IMG/VR virus record: IMGVR_UViG_3300030100_000603
Coordinates: 1-64,000 of that record
Direction: 5' to 3' (one strand)
Source of the DNA: a virus
Lineage: Duplodnaviria > Caudoviricetes
Length of the DNA: 64,000 nucleotides
The notes under the pieces were generated by a model. The model was not told the DNA's origin. It was given only the letters and a program-made list of their open reading frames with translations, and ran no database searches. The position numbers were made by a program, and so were the translations under genes. Shown in pieces: positions 8,029 through 16,649 of this stretch. Numbering within the stretch: position 1 is the first letter of the stretch; each line of letters opens with the position of its first letter.

Positions 8029-9629
8029 TGGATTGGGTTTTTGATGCGGAAACTTTTCCAAACATATTCACCTTAGCAATCGGGTCAGTTGATAAGAGGG
8101 AGGCATATGTATTCGAAATAAGTGATCGCCGCGATGATTCTAAATCCATGCGTAAGTTCCTTGGTAGGCTTCATCGCAACAATGATCGGATGATTGGGTT
8201 CAACAATATTGGGTTCGATTGGCCTGTCCTGAATTTCTTTCTCAGAAATCGAGGGTGTAGTTCTTGGGAGATTTACGATTTTGCAATGGAAGTGTTGAAG
8301 ACGAGTGATACAGACAAATTTAAATATGTTATTCCTAACCACAAGGCTCTGATTTATCAAATTGACCTGTATCGCATCCACCACTTCGACAACAAGGCTC
8401 GTGCAACTTCACTGAAGATGCTTGAATTCAACATGCGTTCACCCAACATTGAGGATTTGCCTTTTGCTCCAGGTACGAAGTTGACTCATGCTGAGAAGGA
8501 TACACTCGTTACTTACAACAAGCATGATGTGAAGGAAACGTTTGCCTTCTATCGAGAAACACTTGACGCGATTCGATTCCGTGAAGAACTTTCGAAGAAG
8601 TATAAGCGTGACTTCATCAACCATAATGATACTAAAATCGGTAAGGATTACTTCGTTATGGAGCTTGAGAAGGCAATGCCGGGTAGTTGCTACAGACAGT
8701 TGCCCGGTGGTGGTCGAAAGATCAACCAGACGAAGAGGGAGTACATTGACCTTGATGATGTAATCTTTCCGTATGTCCGGTTTGAGCGTCCAGAGTTTCA
8801 GGAAGTATTGAACTGGATCAGGCGTCAACGTATTACAGAAACGAAGGGTGTCTTCACTAACATTCCTGAACATGAACTTGGTGAACTGGCTCAGTATGCG
8901 AATCTTCTGACTAAGAAGAAGAAGTTTAAGGGTGAGCCGACACAAGAGGAACTTGATGAATTCTACAGGGAACACCCGAAAGGTTGGGTTGAAGAGAAGT
9001 TATTGAAGAGTGGTAAGACCAGTTATTATGCAATGTGGCGAGTTGGTAGTCTGAATACTGTTGTTGATGGGTTTCAATATGACTTTGGTACAGGGGGTAT
9101 TCATGGTGCAGTAACGAACACAATTCTGGAAACTGACGATGACTATGTTGTAGAAACATGGGATGTCAGTTCATATTACCCAAACCTAGCCATTGTAAAT
9201 AGGGTCTATCCTGAGCATTTGGGGGAAAAATTCTGTGATATTTACCGTGATGTTTACTTGGAACGTAAGAAATACCCTAAAGGAACACCGGAAAACGCCG
9301 TTATGAAGCTGGCGCTCAATGGTACGTATGGAGCATCGAACGACAAATTCAGCCCATTTTTTGATCCAAAGTTCACCATGGCAATCACGATCAATGGTCA
9401 GTTGTCCCTGTGTATGCTGGCTGAAAAATTGATTGAAATTGACGGTTTGAGAATTGTCATGGTGAATACTGATGGGTTGGAATTTGTCGTACCAAGAGAA
9501 AGCCAGGAAAAAGCTCATCAGGTTTGCCATGAGTGGGAGGAACTTACTGGTTTAGAACTTGAGGGAGGTGTTTATAAAAAGTTGTGCATAAGAGACGTAA
9601 ATAATTACTTAGGAATTTTGGAGGAATAA
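8025..9629 (+). CDS. DNA polymerase, family-B-type, N-terminal part (exonuclease + palm/fingers)
   Basis: ExoI DAETF, ExoII FNNIGFD, ExoIII YNKHD; pol motifs DVSSYYP, KLALNGTYG, NTDG; ends RDVNNYLGILEE. Confidence 0.85.
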   Translation: MMDWVFDAETFPNIFTLAIGSVDKREAYVFEISDRRDDSKSMRKFLGRLHRNNDRMIGFNNIGFDWPVLNFFLRNRGCSSWEIYDFAMEVLKTSDTDKFKYVIPNHKALIYQIDLYRIHHFDNKARATSLKMLEFNMRSPNIEDLPFAPGTKLTHAEKDTLVTYNKHDVKETFAFYRETLDAIRFREELSKKYKRDFINHNDTKIGKDYFVMELEKAMPGSCYRQLPGGGRKINQTKREYIDLDDVIFPYVRFERPEFQEVLNWIRRQRITETKGVFTNIPEHELGELAQYANLLTKKKKFKGEPTQEELDEFYREHPKGWVEEKLLKSGKTSYYAMWRVGSLNTVVDGFQYDFGTGGIHGAVTNTILETDDDYVVETWDVSSYYPNLAIVNRVYPEHLGEKFCDIYRDVYLERKKYPKGTPENAVMKLALNGTYGASNDKFSPFFDPKFTMAITINGQLSLCMLAEKLIEIDGLRIVMVNTDGLEFVVPRESQEKAHQVCHEWEELTGLELEGGVYKKLCIRDVNNYLGILEE

Positions 9630-9630
9630 C

Positions 9631-10146
9631 ATGTATTCTATTTTTAACCACAGGTTGAGATATGACTGTGAAACAGGGAAGTTTTACTGGAAAATCCCTC
9701 CAAGGAATAGTCCAAAATCTTTAGGTGAAGAGGCTGGAAGCTTTGTTGGAAATGGTTACGGTGTAATTTGCATTGACAACAAGAGGTATTCATCACATAA
9801 GGTTGTATGGTGTCTCTATTACAAGGAATGGCCGGATTTTCACATTGACCATATAAATGGGTTGAAAAATGACAATAGAATATGTAACCTTAGAAAATCA
9901 ACACCTAGAGAAAATATGAGAAACAGGGGTTTGAATAATAACAATACTTCTGGTTATTCTGGAATTCAGAAATCCCGTAAAAAATGGAGAGTAAGAATAA
10001 GAGTTGATGGAAAGCTTATGGACTTTGGTTCATTTGAGTCAATAGACGAGGCTATAAAAATCAGGGATGAAAAGTATCTCGAACTAGGGTTCAGTTGCTC
10101 ACACGGTAAGAGAAATAGTTGGGGTAATAATGAAGATAAAACGTAA
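9631..10146 (+). CDS. HNH/AP2 endonuclease inserted in DNA polymerase
   Basis: IDHINGLKNDNRICNLR HNH motif, C-terminal AP2-like domain. Confidence 0.9.
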   Translation: MYSIFNHRLRYDCETGKFYWKIPPRNSPKSLGEEAGSFVGNGYGVICIDNKRYSSHKVVWCLYYKEWPDFHIDHINGLKNDNRICNLRKSTPRENMRNRGLNNNNTSGYSGIQKSRKKWRVRIRVDGKLMDFGSFESIDEAIKIRDEKYLELGFSCSHGKRNSWGNNEDKT

Positions 10147-10573
10147 AGGTGCTTATGAATATGAAAACCTTGACTGGAATAAAAATCATTCTGCACTTGT
10201 AATTCAGAAAGCTGCTGAACATGCATTGGTATATGGTGGTGATGTTGAGGAATTCATTCGTAACCATGATGATAAGTTTGATTTCATGTTGCGAACACGT
10301 GTCCCACGCTCATCAAGGCTTGTGTCAGTGGATGAAGATGGTGTAGAATATCCCGAACAGAACATTTGTCGGTACTACATCAGTGACAAGGGTAAGAAGT
10401 TGGTGAAGATCATGCCACCGCTGCCCGGTAAGGACACTGAGCGGCATATCGGTATCGACACAGATTGGCTCGTGCAGACATGTAACGACATTTCTAAGTT
10501 CGATTGGGATATCAATTATGACTACTACATCAGTGAGGCAAAAAAGTTGGTTGACCCCCTTATTGGGGGTTGA
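10130..10573 (+). CDS. DNA polymerase C-terminal (thumb-region) part
   Basis: Begins MKIKRKGAYEY, ends DINYDYYISEAKKL typical of PolB C-termini; own ATG with GGGGT upstream. Confidence 0.8.
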   Translation: MKIKRKGAYEYENLDWNKNHSALVIQKAAEHALVYGGDVEEFIRNHDDKFDFMLRTRVPRSSRLVSVDEDGVEYPEQNICRYYISDKGKKLVKIMPPLPGKDTERHIGIDTDWLVQTCNDISKFDWDINYDYYISEAKKLVDPLIGG

Positions 10574-10599
10574 CACCAGACCGAAACCTGGGCTACCAT
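10570..10599 (+). promoter_or_regulatory. Sigma70-like promoter
   Basis: TTGACA-N18-TACCAT. Confidence 0.7.
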
Positions 10600-10627
10600 G
10601 TATATACACCAACGAGAGGAGGGCAAG

Positions 10628-10783
10628 ATGACAGAGGACACAATCACCATTTCAAAGGAACACTATGAGGAACTTATGGGCGATGCGTTTAAACTAGAAT
10701 GTCTTGAGTGTGCTGGGGTTGATAACTGGCCGGGTTATTATGAGGCTATGCGGATGTACTTTGCTGAGAAAGGTGAGGATTAA
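10628..10783 (+). CDS. Small hypothetical phage protein
   Basis: MTEDTITISKEHYEEL...LECAGVDNWPGY; SD GGAGG. Confidence 0.7.
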   Translation: MTEDTITISKEHYEELMGDAFKLECLECAGVDNWPGYYEAMRMYFAEKGED

Positions 10784-10785
10784 TT

Positions 10786-10968
10786 ATGACTAACTATGTT
10801 GTCTATGTGGATTGGGAAGGATATTCTCGTGGGGTTGCTGCTTACGAGATTGAAGCAGAAAATGAAGAAGAAGCACGAGAGCTTTACCTTGAAGGTAAGC
10901 TTCTACACAGTGATGTTGTTCGTGACGATACTGAATCACAAGTATATAAAATCAAGGAAATTATATAA
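10786..10968 (+). CDS. Hypothetical protein
   Basis: 60 aa, SD GAGG. Confidence 0.65.
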   Translation: MTNYVVYVDWEGYSRGVAAYEIEAENEEEARELYLEGKLLHSDVVRDDTESQVYKIKEII

Positions 10969-11180
10969 TGGAAATTGATATTCGAGGAAACGTGCCTGAT
11001 CGAATTACAGCAATCAAGTTTGCGGATAAGGATTACGGAGATTATGACTTTTATATTAGACCTGGGTATAATGGTTATATTATCATCTGTGACCAAGATG
11101 GCGACGAGGCGGGTTTCCACTGGGAATCCATTGATGATCTAATCAAAGCACTTCAAAAAGCCAAGGAGATTTGGTCATGA
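10968..11180 (+). CDS. Hypothetical protein
   Basis: 70 aa, TAATG coupling. Confidence 0.65.
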   Translation: MEIDIRGNVPDRITAIKFADKDYGDYDFYIRPGYNGYIIICDQDGDEAGFHWESIDDLIKALQKAKEIWS

Positions 11181-11479
11181 GTAAGAAAGTAATCCTGAAC
11201 ATTGAGTCAGTGAAGGCAGCAGCACAATATCTTGCTGAGAACAATCACTTTATCAATCGCTCAGAGGACAGGTGGGAAAAGGAAATTTATAAAAAAATCG
11301 CTAGACATGTAACTGAAGAAGATGTACAATGGGTAATGACTGGTGGACTTACACTGATCTTCAGTAACGTAGGTGATGAGTTCATCGAAGTAGAAGTTCT
11401 TGTATCACCCAGCTTTGGTGTTTATTCTTTCGTCGAAGCTGATATTCTTGATGAAAAACTGGTTGTCAACCTGGGGTAA
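11177..11479 (+). CDS. Hypothetical protein
   Basis: ATGA coupling, SD GGAG. Confidence 0.65.
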   Translation: MSKKVILNIESVKAAAQYLAENNHFINRSEDRWEKEIYKKIARHVTEEDVQWVMTGGLTLIFSNVGDEFIEVEVLVSPSFGVYSFVEADILDEKLVVNLG

Positions 11480-11489
11480 GGAAAGACTA

Positions 11490-11651
11490 ATGTTTGATTA
11501 CGATGATGAAGTTGGTGGATTCGAAAAGATCAAGAAGAATCCTAACAAGAAGACCCGTCAGGATTCAAAGCGTATCCCGAAGGATCAACGTAAACAGATT
11601 AAGAAGGAACGAAAGCAACAAAAAATGTATCAAAGTCTATTGACAGAATGA
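11490..11651 (+). CDS. Small basic protein
   Basis: MFDYDDEVGGFEKIKK..., Lys/Arg-rich, SD AAGGA. Confidence 0.55.
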   Translation: MFDYDDEVGGFEKIKKNPNKKTRQDSKRIPKDQRKQIKKERKQQKMYQSLLTE

Positions 11652-11669
11652 TGCGAGGTGGACTATAAT
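11640..11669 (+). promoter_or_regulatory. Sigma70-like promoter (consensus hexamers)
   Basis: TTGACA-N18-TATAAT upstream of ssb. Confidence 0.8.
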
Positions 11670-11820
11670 GAAAATCACATTCAGGGAGAGGGTGGGAAAT
11701 GTAGAGACTGAACACATTCTTGAAGGAACGTTTGAAGAAGTAATTGCAGCATACATCGACATTAGTGAATTTAAATCTGAAAAGTGGGGTATTGAGAATG
11801 AGCAAGCGTCAGAAGACTGA
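11668..11820 (+). CDS. Small hypothetical protein (50 aa)
   Basis: MKITFRERVGNVETEHILEGTFEEV...; SD GAGGTG. Confidence 0.45.
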   Translation: MKITFRERVGNVETEHILEGTFEEVIAAYIDISEFKSEKWGIENEQASED

Positions 11821-12493
11821 AGTTGTCCTGAAGAAAGAAGGCAAGAACGAGTTCCTGTATTTCAAGAACGTCCCGGTGTTCTTCGCATCGGTACTGGCAC
11901 CGAAACTGAATCCGCTGAAGGATCAGAAGGAATTCGCCCTGACTGTCTTCGTGGACGATGAGGCACAGGAAAAACTCGAACTTCCTGTTGACGAAGGTGG
12001 TGTTGCCATCAACAAGGAACTGAAGAAGGTGGGTAAGGATCGCAATAAGAAGAAGAAGATCAAGTATCCGCTGAAGAAACAGCTTCCTGAAGATAGTAAG
12101 TTTGATGGGTACGACATTGTAGATGGTCTTTATGGTGTCAACCTGACCCTTGGTGAGAAGACCAAATCTGGTAAGAAAGCGTTCCTGAAAGTGGTTGACA
12201 AGGACGGGAAGAATTGGCCGAAGGATAAGCTGATTGGTAACGGTAGTACCCTGCATGTCAAGTGCTTTGGGTATCGCAACCAGGATGACCAGCTTGTTGT
12301 CTTCCCCAACCTGATTGTTGTTGTCGATCACGTTGAGTACGAAGGCGCTGGCGGTACTCAGGAAGACGATGTGCTTGGAATCACCGTTGACTATACCGAA
12401 GAGTTTGAGTCTCGGGAAGAGCAGGAGCCTAAGAACGAAGCTGACGTTTTTGATGAAGTCGAAGAGGAAGAAGAAGACACTGGCACCTACTAA
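11798..12493 (+). CDS. Single-stranded DNA-binding protein (T7 gp2.5-like)
   Basis: Replication context, IGNGS motif, long acidic tail ending in aromatic Y. Confidence 0.7.
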   Translation: MSKRQKTEVVLKKEGKNEFLYFKNVPVFFASVLAPKLNPLKDQKEFALTVFVDDEAQEKLELPVDEGGVAINKELKKVGKDRNKKKKIKYPLKKQLPEDSKFDGYDIVDGLYGVNLTLGEKTKSGKKAFLKVVDKDGKNWPKDKLIGNGSTLHVKCFGYRNQDDQLVVFPNLIVVVDHVEYEGAGGTQEDDVLGITVDYTEEFESREEQEPKNEADVFDEVEEEEEDTGTY

Positions 12494-12505
12494 GGTCTAG
12501 TAAAG

Positions 12506-12537
12506 AAGGGGCGGCGTAAAAACCGCCCTTTATTTTT
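12506..12537 (+). terminator. Rho-independent terminator
   Basis: AAGGGGCGG-loop-CCGCCCTTT then ATTTTT. Confidence 0.8.
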
Positions 12538-12551
12538 CTCAGGAGATTGTG

Positions 12552-12767
12552 ATGTATACGACTAAGCGATACACCATCTATAATCATCGAACTGGTGAAT
12601 GGTACGCTGGATCAGGGGCATGGTTTAACATGTTTGATATGGCGAAACTTTACAGGAAAGTTGGTTTCGCAAAGAGTGGTCTGAGTCAACCAGGGCTAGG
12701 TCGGGATAGGGAAGACTGTTCAATTTACAACGTTCGCATTGAACTTGGTGATAAGGTGGAGGAATAA
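12552..12767 (+). CDS. Hypothetical protein
   Basis: SD AGGAG. Confidence 0.65.
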   Translation: MYTTKRYTIYNHRTGEWYAGSGAWFNMFDMAKLYRKVGFAKSGLSQPGLGRDREDCSIYNVRIELGDKVEE

Positions 12768-12768
12768 C

Positions 12769-13023
12769 ATGCTTGAGTTTATCTACTTTGGTGGTATCGT
12801 CATTGGCGCACTGATGATTTGCTACCAGACATACCACGCGATGGGTGTTCTTAGTTCAACAAAGTCATTCATCTTCCTGTTACTTGAGGCGGTTAAGGAC
12901 TGTGTGAAGCTGATGGTTTGGCCTGTTAGTCTTACCGTTTGTATTCTTCAGATTCCTTTCGGTCAAGCGGTAGTGGAAGACATGACGAATGCGCTAGAGG
13001 ACAATTATGACGAAGATTCCTGA
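12769..13023 (+). CDS. Membrane protein
   Basis: Hydrophobic segments, SD GGAGG. Confidence 0.6.
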   Translation: MLEFIYFGGIVIGALMICYQTYHAMGVLSSTKSFIFLLLEAVKDCVKLMVWPVSLTVCILQIPFGQAVVEDMTNALEDNYDEDS

Positions 13024-13924
13024 TGAATTCGATATCTGCTTCATTGATTGTGACCTGATTAAGTATCGAGCATCCTTTGCAGCAGAGAAGACAGAATGGT
13101 TGCTCTATGACAATGATGAGGAACTGGTCAGGGCGTTTTACTCAGCGAAAGAAGCGGACGATTACGTTGACAACTTGTGGATGATGCTTGACATTGACAC
13201 GAGTGGTTATCACAGGGAAGAGAAGGTTACAATCAAGAAGAAGGTACATGCGATTGCAGCCTGTGACCATATCATTGAACTAATCAAGCGCAAGTGTCCT
13301 GCGAAAGAGTACCGGCTTTATCTGACAGGGAATGATACCTACCGACCCCATATCGCTACACTACATAAGTATAAGGGTAATCGTGATGGAATGCGAAAAC
13401 CTACTTATCTTCAAGATGTGACGGATCATATCATTGAATTCCATGACGCAACTGTTGTAGACTACATTGAGGCAGATGATACACTCACTGTTGGTCTTAC
13501 TTGGTGTCGAAAGAAAGGATTACTTGGTGTAGTTGCCAACTTGGATAAGGATATCAAACAGGTAGAAGGATGGCATTACGATTGGGGCAAGGACAAGTAC
13601 GAATACGTTACTGCCCGAGAAGGTATTCTTCATACTTACTGTCAGGCGATTGCTGGTGATGCTGTAGACAACTACAAAGGTATCCCCGGAATTGGCATGA
13701 AGAAAGCAATGAAATTGATCCAAGATTGCGAGACAGAACGGGAGATGTATGAGACTGCGGTAGAAGCCTATCGAGAGTATTTCGGTGAAGAATACCATTA
13801 CAAATCATGGGACGGGAAGGACATGGTGAAGACACCCCAGGAGCTTTTCCTTGAGAACATGAACCTAGCATTCATGCAGAGGAAGAAGGGTGAATTCTAC
13901 CAGATTCCACATAAGGAGAAGTGA
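13007..13924 (+). CDS. 5'-3' exonuclease (T7 gp6/FEN-like)
   Basis: IDCD, LTG...R, YKGNR, EADD, DKD, GDAVDNYKGIPGIGMKKA. Confidence 0.88.
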   Translation: MTKIPDEFDICFIDCDLIKYRASFAAEKTEWLLYDNDEELVRAFYSAKEADDYVDNLWMMLDIDTSGYHREEKVTIKKKVHAIAACDHIIELIKRKCPAKEYRLYLTGNDTYRPHIATLHKYKGNRDGMRKPTYLQDVTDHIIEFHDATVVDYIEADDTLTVGLTWCRKKGLLGVVANLDKDIKQVEGWHYDWGKDKYEYVTAREGILHTYCQAIAGDAVDNYKGIPGIGMKKAMKLIQDCETEREMYETAVEAYREYFGEEYHYKSWDGKDMVKTPQELFLENMNLAFMQRKKGEFYQIPHKEK

Positions 13925-13926
13925 AT

Positions 13927-14361
13927 ATGGCACGACGTAAACAAGGGAGATATTTTCGAGAGAAACCTAAAGCATTGAAGGGTACACCCTATGACTCATT
14001 CGTTGAAAAGAATCTTCATGAAGGACCATTGAGTGGTTGCCAATTCCATCCAGAGAAGGTGCACTATGTATCGAAGCATACTTACGAACCTGACTTCTCT
14101 TATCGGGACAGTGATGGCTTGGAATGGTTGATTGAGGCAAAGTCAATCTTTCAGGACGGCAAGGAAGCCGGTAAGTATAAATGGGTCAGAGAGTCTTTAC
14201 AGGAAGATCAAATCTTGGTATTCTGTCTTGAGAAACCAGATCAACCTATCTACTGGTCAGCCAAACGAAAGGATGGTACGAAGCAAACGATGGCTGAGTG
14301 GTGTGAGCGGAATGGTTTCATGTGGTTTACAGCAGATACCATCTGGCGAATCTTGAATTAA
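13927..14361 (+). CDS. Endonuclease / Holliday junction resolvase (T7 endonuclease I-like)
   Basis: YDSFVE, YEPDF, IEAK PD-(D/E)xK motif, TMAEWCERNGF. Confidence 0.75.
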   Translation: MARRKQGRYFREKPKALKGTPYDSFVEKNLHEGPLSGCQFHPEKVHYVSKHTYEPDFSYRDSDGLEWLIEAKSIFQDGKEAGKYKWVRESLQEDQILVFCLEKPDQPIYWSAKRKDGTKQTMAEWCERNGFMWFTADTIWRILN

Positions 14362-14370
14362 GGGTTGACA

Positions 14371-14637
14371 ATGGGTAATCGACGTTACAAACTAGTTACC
14401 AGGTATGGGTTGACAGAAGACGTTTACAACAGTATACTCAAGGGGCAAGACTACAAATGTAAAATTTGTGGTAAATCCCATACTGAAGATAACAAACTCC
14501 ATGTCGATCATCATGAAAAATACGGAAGGGATTGTATCGCAGGGTTGCTTTGTGGTCTTTGTAATAGTATGATTGCACATGCAAGACACGATAAAGAAAC
14601 ACTGAAAAAAGCTATTGACTACCTGGAGAATATCTGA
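14371..14637 (+). CDS. Endonuclease VII-like HNH protein
   Basis: YGLT, CKIC, LHVDH, GLLCGLCN, AIDYL. Confidence 0.8.
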   Translation: MGNRRYKLVTRYGLTEDVYNSILKGQDYKCKICGKSHTEDNKLHVDHHEKYGRDCIAGLLCGLCNSMIAHARHDKETLKKAIDYLENI

Positions 14638-14638
14638 G

Positions 14639-14836
14639 ATGAGTAAAGAAACTATTGTAACTAAAGACACCAGAATTGGTATTTTGGGATGGATGTTTCT
14701 AATCTTCATGACACTGAAACTGACAGGTCATATCACATGGTCATGGTGGTTGATTACTGCACCACTTTGGGGGCCGATTCTAGTGGCACTGTTAATCGTC
14801 TTTTTCATTTTTATTCTAACATTGGTGTTTGATTAA
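14639..14836 (+). CDS. Small membrane protein
   Basis: FLIFMTLKLTGHITWSWWLITAPLWGP hydrophobic helices. Confidence 0.7.
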   Translation: MSKETIVTKDTRIGILGWMFLIFMTLKLTGHITWSWWLITAPLWGPILVALLIVFFIFILTLVFD

Positions 14837-15060
14837 TGATTACAGTGAATCAGATGATTGAGATTCTTCAAGAATCCGTAAGAGATGATCCGTCAGTTGG
14901 TGAACTACCACTGTATGTTTATGCTGACCAAGGACAAGTGAACATACAGGCAAGTGAACCATCCTACGCTTTTGTGCATGATTACGATTACTACATTGAA
15001 GACTTTGAAGCAGATAAAAGCGAAGAATACCCTAAAGAAATCATTATTATTGGAGACTGA
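14836..15060 (+). CDS. Hypothetical protein
   Basis: 74 aa, TAATG coupling. Confidence 0.65.
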   Translation: MITVNQMIEILQESVRDDPSVGELPLYVYADQGQVNIQASEPSYAFVHDYDYYIEDFEADKSEEYPKEIIIIGD

Positions 15061-15063
15061 TGC

Positions 15064-15582
15064 ATGAAAGAATTTATTGACAAGACTTACGACTTCAACA
15101 AGTACGGCAACACACCTGTAGATGATTCATGCGACAATCTGAATCAAGCGTTTGGTATCATTCAATCAGAAGTCGAAGAGTTGAGTAGTAACCTGTTCAA
15201 TTATCGTTACATTGACCAAACTGATTGTGAGAAGACTAAACGACGACTGAAGGCAGCGATGGCTGATGATGTGTCTGACATTATCGTAACGGCAGTTGGT
15301 TTTGCCTATCGAATGGGTCTTGACAAATACCAAATGGATGCTATACTCCATGTGGTTGCAGACGCAAACCTTGCGAAGTTTCCAGAGACACTTGAGGATG
15401 CACTAGCATCAGTAGAGAAATATGAAAACGACGACCGATATGAAAATGTTTCGTACACACAAATCGCGGATGATCGTTTTGTGGTACATGGCAGCCCGAA
15501 AGGCACGAATGGGTACAAGATTCTGAAGGACCATGAATGGACTGACCCTCACAATAAATTGGAGATGATTGTCAATGATTGA
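15064..15582 (+). CDS. MazG-like nucleotide pyrophosphohydrolase
   Basis: IQSEVEEL ... ADDVSDIIVTAVG ... VADANLAK acidic all-alpha motif; nucleotide-metabolism context. Confidence 0.6.
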   Translation: MKEFIDKTYDFNKYGNTPVDDSCDNLNQAFGIIQSEVEELSSNLFNYRYIDQTDCEKTKRRLKAAMADDVSDIIVTAVGFAYRMGLDKYQMDAILHVVADANLAKFPETLEDALASVEKYENDDRYENVSYTQIADDRFVVHGSPKGTNGYKILKDHEWTDPHNKLEMIVND

Positions 15583-16543
15583 AGGAAAGGGCGGTATCAG
15601 CGCGAAAATCATCAAGGACAGTATGAGTAGTGTCAATGGTAAACGAATCACTACTTTTGAACTGGTTTATCCCAGGTTTATTCACGGTGAGTTTATGACG
15701 CACCGAATGTTCAGTCGGAACGCTGCATCATCTAGGGCAATTCCCATCAAAAAAGTTATCGAAAACATTGATGAGAATACAGCAATGCCTATCCATTGGG
15801 GTGCAGCACAAAAGGGAATGCAGGCGGAAAATGAATGTAATAACCCTGTAGTTGATTGGTACAGTGACAATGCGTTGAGTCGTGAAGCAATCTGGAATGG
15901 TGCGAAAGATAATGCTGTGATGGTTGCTGAGGAATTCGATAAGGCTGGATATCACAAACAGATTGTCAATCGTCTACTCGAACCATTTCAATTCATCAAG
16001 GTGGTGTGTACCGCTACTGAATTTGACAACTGGTTCTGGCTGCGTGACCATGAGGATGCACAACCTGAAATTGCTGAACTGGCACGATGCATGTCTGTCG
16101 CAATGGAACAGTCATTCATTGACATTCTTGATCCTGGTCAATGGCATCTTCCTTATGTCTCATCCATGAGCGATGCTGAAGGAAATATTGATTATTACAT
16201 TGACATGAACGGTGAGACTGTTAGACTGTCACTAGATGAAGCACTGAAGGTATCAGCCAGTTGTTGCGCTCAGATTTCATATAGACTTTTGGATAATTCA
16301 CTTGACAAAGCACTGAAGATTTATGATATGCTTGTGACATCTGAACCTGTCCATGCGAGTCCGTTTGAACATCAGGCTACGCCAATCAGTTATGACGAGG
16401 AATGTAAATACGACAAGACATGGTGGAATGGTTGGCAAGAAGGTATCACGCACCAAGATAAAGATGGTAACTTCTGGTCAGGGAATTTCAACGGATGGAT
16501 TCAGTACCGACAACTGATTCCGAACAACGCAAAAACTGGTTGA
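15575..16543 (+). CDS. thyX: FAD-dependent thymidylate synthase
   Basis: THRMFSRNAASSRA, KQIVNRLLEPF, DHEDAQPEI, HASPFEH. Confidence 0.88.
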   Translation: MIEGKGGISAKIIKDSMSSVNGKRITTFELVYPRFIHGEFMTHRMFSRNAASSRAIPIKKVIENIDENTAMPIHWGAAQKGMQAENECNNPVVDWYSDNALSREAIWNGAKDNAVMVAEEFDKAGYHKQIVNRLLEPFQFIKVVCTATEFDNWFWLRDHEDAQPEIAELARCMSVAMEQSFIDILDPGQWHLPYVSSMSDAEGNIDYYIDMNGETVRLSLDEALKVSASCCAQISYRLLDNSLDKALKIYDMLVTSEPVHASPFEHQATPISYDEECKYDKTWWNGWQEGITHQDKDGNFWSGNFNGWIQYRQLIPNNAKTG

Positions 16544-16569
16544 CACGAGAAGTAATCGTCGGTTAAACT
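16540..16569 (+). promoter_or_regulatory. Sigma70-like promoter
   Basis: TTGACA-N18-TAAACT upstream of RNR. Confidence 0.7.
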
Positions 16570-16649
16570 ATTCTGGTAACATAGAATAAGTAGTGAAGGG
16601 GTCGTTAATCGGCCCCACATTTTCAGAAATTAATAGGAGAGAATATTTA

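Noticed and set aside
9600-10150. Group I intron in the DNA polymerase
   Set aside because: No non-coding space and no P7/R/S core motifs; both flanks have their own SD/ATG, so treated as a split gene.
16570-16649. Cobalamin riboswitch or NrdR box before RNR
   Set aside because: Leader is only ~80 nt with a single GGGGTCG/CGGCCCC hairpin; no B12-box or NrdR palindrome seen.
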